A stretch of DNA of 64,000 nucleotides from an uncultured Actinomycetota bacterium (lineage in GTDB: Bacteria; Actinomycetota; Humimicrobiia; Humimicrobiales; Humimicrobiaceae), in assembly GCA_964616545.1 (NCBI GenBank), contig CAZTUA010000053.1, positions 15,061-79,060 of the forward strand, given 5' to 3'. Each line of letters begins with the position of its first letter. Position 1 is the stretch's first letter. The translations under genes were made by a program, and so were the position numbers. The notes below the pieces were generated by a model. The model saw only the letters and a list, made by a program, of their open reading frames with translations. It did no database searches and had not been told where the DNA came from. Below are positions 60,044 through 64,000 of this stretch, in pieces.

Positions 60044-60044
60044 A

Positions 60045-60917
60045 TTATTCCTTCCTCATTAATCTTAACCGTCTTCTTATAAAACTTCCAGGGACTGCAA
60101 AAATTAATACAATTATTAATAGCACCAGGGCAGTTCCCCACTGCATATCTTCTGGCGTATCCGTTAACTGTGTTGCAAGAACGTACAGATGATAGGGCAA
60201 TGCCATAACCTGGCTAAAAATGGAGTCCGGGAGATTCGGCTGTGAAAATGCTGCAACCGTAAACATTATAGGCGCAGTTTCCCCTGCCGCTCTTCCAATT
60301 CCTATAACCGAACCCGTTATTATTCCCGGCAAAGCACGGGGCAGCACAACCTTTATTACCGTCTGCCATCTTGTAGCTCCGAGTGCCAGTGATGCATGGC
60401 GGTAAGAATCGGGAACTGTTTTTAAAGCCTCCTCAGTTGCTGTTATAATAACAGGCAAAATAAGCAGTGCCAGGGTCAGTGAGCCTGCAAGAATTGACCT
60501 GCCAAATTTAAGCATCATAACGAAAAATCCGAGCCCGAACAATCCATAAACCACAGAAGGCACACCGGACATATTTATAATAGAGAGTCTTATTACCCTT
60601 GTTAGCCTGTTCTTTGATGCATATTCATTCAGATAGATTGCTGCCATTATTCCGATGGGCAGTGAGAATACAAAAGTCCCTATTATTAAATAAAAAGTCC
60701 CGAGGATTGCAGGAAATATTCCGCCTTCCCTCATGCCTGCCTCCGGTTTCCGGGATAAAAACTCCCAGTTTATTGCACCGCTCCCTTTAACTATCAGATA
60801 TATAACTATCCCCAGAACAAAAGCTACAACTATCAGTGTTAAAAACAGCAAGAAAGCATGGGATAATTTTTCTATAATTTTTTTTCTTTTTTTACTTATT
60901 TCTTTTGCTTCACGCAT
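60045..60917 (-). CDS. pstA: Phosphate ABC transporter permease PstA
   Basis: 290 aa; EAA-loop region ASLALGATRWQT and six TM helices. Confidence 0.85.
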   Translation of the reverse strand: MREAKEISKKRKKIIEKLSHAFLLFLTLIVVAFVLGIVIYLIVKGSGAINWEFLSRKPEAGMREGGIFPAILGTFYLIIGTFVFSLPIGIMAAIYLNEYASKNRLTRVIRLSIINMSGVPSVVYGLFGLGFFVMMLKFGRSILAGSLTLALLILPVIITATEEALKTVPDSYRHASLALGATRWQTVIKVVLPRALPGIITGSVIGIGRAAGETAPIMFTVAAFSQPNLPDSIFSQVMALPYHLYVLATQLTDTPEDMQWGTALVLLIIVLIFAVPGSFIRRRLRLMRKE

Positions 60918-61003
60918 AAAATTTTAAAATTTTTACCGGTTTACTCTTATATTTTTTTTACATTAATAAATTTTCTTTAGCGTCTGGCGCCCGGTACCGC
61001 ATT

Positions 61004-61897
61004 TTAACTTTCCCTGATTCTATTTATAAATCTGTCAGATATAAAATTTATTAGAAATGTAATAATAAATAAGATAAGACCAATTGCAAAAAGTGCTGAA
61101 TAATGCAGCCCTCCCTGGACAGTTTCTCCCATTTCTGCAGCTATCGTTGCCGTAATGGTCCTTATCGGCTGCAGCCATGAAAAAACAATTCTCGGCGAGT
61201 TACCGGTTATCATAAGAACTGTCATGGTTTCTCCAACGATTCTACCCAGGCCAAGCATTACGGCAGCTACCATACCGGATGATGCAGAGGGTACAACTGT
61301 TCTTAAAGTAGTCTCCCATTTTGTTGCACCAAGGGCGATTGAAGCATATCTGTATCTGTCAGGAACAGCATTTATTGCATCTTCCGATATTGATATTATT
61401 GTGGGCAGGCTCATAAAAGCAAGCATTACAGAGCCGGTAAGTGCAGTGAGCCCTATGCTGAGATTGAAGAGTTCCTTAATTACGGGAGCAAGAAGCTTGA
61501 TCCCTATAAACCCTATTACTACTGAAGGTATGGTTGACAGTACTTCAATGATTGGTTTTAATGTCTCTCTTACCGGCCGTGGTGCCAGTTCTCCAATATA
61601 AATGGCGCTTCCTATACCAAGCGGTACCGCAATTACTATTGCTCCGAATGTAATCAATGCAGAACCTGTCAGCAGCGGGAGGAATCCAAATTTTTCAAGT
61701 ACTGTAGGGGACCATTTCTGGCCGGTTAAAAAGTCCAGGATGGGATAGGAAGAAAAAAATCTTATTGAATTTGCAATAAGGAAAGCCAGTATCAGCGCCA
61801 GGACTATAATTGAAATTATGCCGTTTAAAAAAATAAACCTGTAAATTAAAAAACTCTTTATTTTTCTTATCCTGTTTTTAAGCCGGGTCATAAGCAT
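61004..61897 (-). CDS. pstC: Phosphate ABC transporter permease PstC
   Basis: 297 aa; EAA-loop ASIALGATKWETT and PstC topology. Confidence 0.85.
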   Translation of the reverse strand: MLMTRLKNRIRKIKSFLIYRFIFLNGIISIIVLALILAFLIANSIRFFSSYPILDFLTGQKWSPTVLEKFGFLPLLTGSALITFGAIVIAVPLGIGSAIYIGELAPRPVRETLKPIIEVLSTIPSVVIGFIGIKLLAPVIKELFNLSIGLTALTGSVMLAFMSLPTIISISEDAINAVPDRYRYASIALGATKWETTLRTVVPSASSGMVAAVMLGLGRIVGETMTVLMITGNSPRIVFSWLQPIRTITATIAAEMGETVQGGLHYSALFAIGLILFIITFLINFISDRFINRIRES

Positions 61898-62062
61898 ATT
61901 TTAAAATAATTATGTTCTTTTTACTATTTCAAATTTTAAAAATCTACCGGCAATAAGCAAAGCTATGGAATAATTTTTTTTCAAAACTTTCCACAGCTTT
62001 GCTTATTTTAACTACCCGGATACATTACAGTAAAAATCAAGAATCTCTCTTTAAAATAACCT

Positions 62063-63025
62063 TTAATTTACCGGAACAAATCCTTCTTCCAAACCTATCT
62101 GCTGCCCTTCATCACTCAATACAAAATCCATATAAGCCTGGCCTATCTCTGTTAGTTCTTTATCAGGAGCATAAATATATAAACCCCTGGATATAGGGTA
62201 AGAGCCATTCTCTACAGTTTCTATCGAAGGCTCGATGCCCCCAACTTTTACAGTCTTTAGGGATTCCTCAAGATAGCCCAGACCTATATAACCGATCGCG
62301 CTATCATTATTTTTAATCTGGTTTACAACATCCGCATTTGACTGCAGCCTCAGAGCATTCTCAGAATAATCATTATCTTTAATAGTCTTGCCCAGTTGAA
62401 TTATTTCTTCCAGAAAATACTCTCCCGTGCCCGAACTGGAATCTCTGGCAATTACGACAATTTTTGAATCATCTCCGCCGATATCCTTCCAGTTAGTGAT
62501 TTCTCCTGTATATATTCCGGACAATTCTTCAACCGATAAATCATCTATAGAAACATTGCTGCTTACCACAACTGCAATTCCATCATAAAGAACGGTGTAT
62601 TCCTGAATATCATAACCGGCATTTTTTGCAGCTTCTATTTCTTCATCTTTAATCTGCCTTGAAGCATTGGCAAGTTCATTTATACCATTAATTAAATCAG
62701 CAATACCGCCACCGGAACCTCCACCGTTAACAATTATTGTACCGCCGTATTTTTCCATAAATGCCGATGCCCATGCTTCTGAGACCTGAAGAAGAGTTGT
62801 TGACCCTGATATTACAAGTTCCTGTCCTTCATAGGGAAGCCCTGAAGTATCATTATCTCCATTTGCGGCTTCCTCATTTTTTTCTGTACTTTCTGTAGCA
62901 GCTTCTCCTCCAGAATTTTTTTCAACTGAGCCGCAACCCGCCAGTGCCATACCGCCTATAAGGAAAAACGATATACATGCAGCAATCAATGATAAAAACT
63001 TACTTTTTCTAATCAATTCTCTCAC
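62063..63025 (-). CDS. pstS: Phosphate ABC transporter substrate-binding lipoprotein PstS
   Basis: 320 aa; lipoprotein signal ...LAGC, PBP fold with GSTT/SGGG phosphate-binding loops. Confidence 0.8.
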   Translation of the reverse strand: MRELIRKSKFLSLIAACISFFLIGGMALAGCGSVEKNSGGEAATESTEKNEEAANGDNDTSGLPYEGQELVISGSTTLLQVSEAWASAFMEKYGGTIIVNGGGSGGGIADLINGINELANASRQIKDEEIEAAKNAGYDIQEYTVLYDGIAVVVSSNVSIDDLSVEELSGIYTGEITNWKDIGGDDSKIVVIARDSSSGTGEYFLEEIIQLGKTIKDNDYSENALRLQSNADVVNQIKNNDSAIGYIGLGYLEESLKTVKVGGIEPSIETVENGSYPISRGLYIYAPDKELTEIGQAYMDFVLSDEGQQIGLEEGFVPVN

Positions 63026-63119
63026 TCTCCTTATTTATAGCTATTTTAAAACATAAAGAGATTAACATATAAAACGCAGCTTTTGGTTAAAAAAGAATTA
63101 AATAAATATTAAAAAAATA

Positions 63120-63830
63120 TTAAATGCTATCCGTCATTTTATAACCGTAACCGTGTACTGTTTTTATAAATTTTTTGCTGAAACCCCTGTAGGCCATTTT
63201 TTTTCTTATTCTTCTTATATGCACATCAAGCGTTCTTGTATCTCCGTAATAATCGTCACCCCATACCATTTTTATAAGCCCCATCCTGGGTATAAGAACA
63301 TTTATATTTTCCAGCAGTCTTAAAATTATCTTAAATTCTTTTGGATTTAATTGGATTCTTTTTGAATCAAGGAAAACTTCGTGCTTTGCTTCATCCACAA
63401 ACAGCTTTATTTCTTCAAAATCAAATTCTTTTTTAAATTTTTTCTTCGATTCATTCTGCGCACCATTATCAATCCTCCTTAATATATTCTTTACTCTGGC
63501 CAGTAGCTCCCTCACACCAAAGGGTTTTGATATATAATCGTCTGCACCCAGCTCAAGCCCCAGAACCCTGTCCAGTTCCTCGCCTTTCGCACTTAAGATA
63601 ATTACCGGGACCCCGGCTTCATTTTTAATCTGCCTGCAGATATCAAGTCCATCCATATCCGGCAGCATTAAATCAAGAATAACCAGGTCCGGTTTTAACA
63701 GGTTAAATGAGCTTAAAAAACTACCGCCATTTTTAAAGCTTTTAACCTCATAGCCGTTCTTCATCAGATTATATTCCAGAATTTCAAGTATATTTTCTTC
63801 ATCATCAACAACATATATTAATTTTCCCAT
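63120..63830 (-). CDS. OmpR-family response regulator of the phosphate regulon (PhoB/PhoP-type)
   Basis: 236 aa; receiver domain with phospho-Asp (LVILDLMLPDMDG) and winged-helix C-terminus; adjacent to pst genes and phoR. Confidence 0.85.
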   Translation of the reverse strand: MGKLIYVVDDEENILEILEYNLMKNGYEVKSFKNGGSFLSSFNLLKPDLVILDLMLPDMDGLDICRQIKNEAGVPVIILSAKGEELDRVLGLELGADDYISKPFGVRELLARVKNILRRIDNGAQNESKKKFKKEFDFEEIKLFVDEAKHEVFLDSKRIQLNPKEFKIILRLLENINVLIPRMGLIKMVWGDDYYGDTRTLDVHIRRIRKKMAYRGFSKKFIKTVHGYGYKMTDSI

Positions 63831-63850
63831 AAACTGCCTTTTACTATTTT

Positions 63851-64000
63851 TTAATAACCTGGTCCCCTGCGGGGTAATGTTACTTCAAATACTGTTTCTT
63901 TGCCTGGAATACTCCGGACACTTATTTTCCCTCCATGAAGCTCAACAGTATGTTTTACTATAGAAAGACCGAGGCCTGAGCCAATCTGTTTTGAGGATTG
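63851..64000 (-). CDS. Sensor histidine kinase (PhoR-type), C-terminal fragment (5' part beyond window end)
   Basis: rc translation ...[49 protein letters not shown] = HATPase_c G2 box and C-terminus. Confidence 0.6.
   Translation of the reverse strand, partial: QSSKQIGSGLGLSIVKHTVELHGGKISVRSIPGKETVFEVTLPRRGPGY

Noticed and set aside
63026-63119. Pho boxes (TTAACA-type direct repeats) upstream of pstS
   Set aside because: AT-rich region contains TGTTAA/TGTTTT fragments but no clear 11-bp-phased repeat set could be established by eye.
1-64000. CRISPR arrays, IS elements, integrases or prophage genes
   Set aside because: No direct-repeat/spacer periodicity, no transposase/integrase-like ORFs and no terminal inverted repeats detected anywhere in the window.

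Overview
This window is a low-GC, Firmicutes/Clostridia-like chromosomal segment that is densely coding. All identifications come from reading the six-frame translations and the raw sequence by eye; no searches were run.

Gene content, in order along the window:
- The SorC-family regulator gene followed by the acetoin/pyruvate dehydrogenase E1 alpha and E1 beta genes (beta is cut off at the window start).
- An orphan PTS IIC permease and several small membrane proteins.
- An orphan tRNA-Ile(GAT)/tRNA-Ala(TGC) pair.
- The origin-proximal block gyrA-gyrB-remB(DUF721)-recF, but without dnaA/dnaN.
- An NAD-type formate dehydrogenase operon: NuoE-like, NuoF-like, Cys-type FdhA, then fdhD and mobA.
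- A second, convergent Fe-S module: a Fur-DBD::NuoE fusion, a bifurcating-type NuoF-like protein and a NuoG-N-terminal-like ferredoxin.
- An L,D-transpeptidase, an ATP-cone::Mrr-like nuclease fusion, an ABC-2 exporter and an FmdB zinc ribbon protein.
- A KDG/pectin catabolic cluster (kdgK, eda, kduD, kduI) with a TRAP transporter and an IclR regulator.
- A fumarylacetoacetate hydrolase (FAH) family protein, a LysE exporter and a CAP-domain protein.
- A Na/Pi cotransporter with PhoU, a CDF transporter and a DUF438 protein.
- A 7TM GGDEF+HD-GYP sensor next to a PKD-repeat surface protein.
- panE, tRNA-Gln, ispE, ksgA, tatD, metG, rsmI and rubrerythrin.
- An RCK K+ channel, and a mannan catabolic pair (cellobiose 2-epimerase-like plus GH130 phosphorylase).
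- The pst locus phoR(partial)-phoB-pstS-pstC-pstA-phoU, which lacks pstB.

Most notable observations:
1. A Fur-family DNA-binding domain is fused to a NuoE-type [2Fe-2S] domain, and a near-consensus Fur box sits in its own promoter. It lies beside a hydrogenase-less NuoE/F/G-like trio that is convergent with the formate dehydrogenase operon. This is a candidate redox/iron-sensing regulator and a candidate electron-bifurcating module.
2. Three conserved genes (rsmI, panE and the CAP-domain gene) have no in-frame ATG/GTG/TTG at their N-termini. Each has a Shine-Dalgarno motif followed 5 nt later by ATT, suggesting ATT initiation.
3. The pst operon has no pstB, and there are two PhoU paralogs.
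4. A transcript leader ending in an intrinsic terminator lies upstream of the GGDEF/HD-GYP gene.
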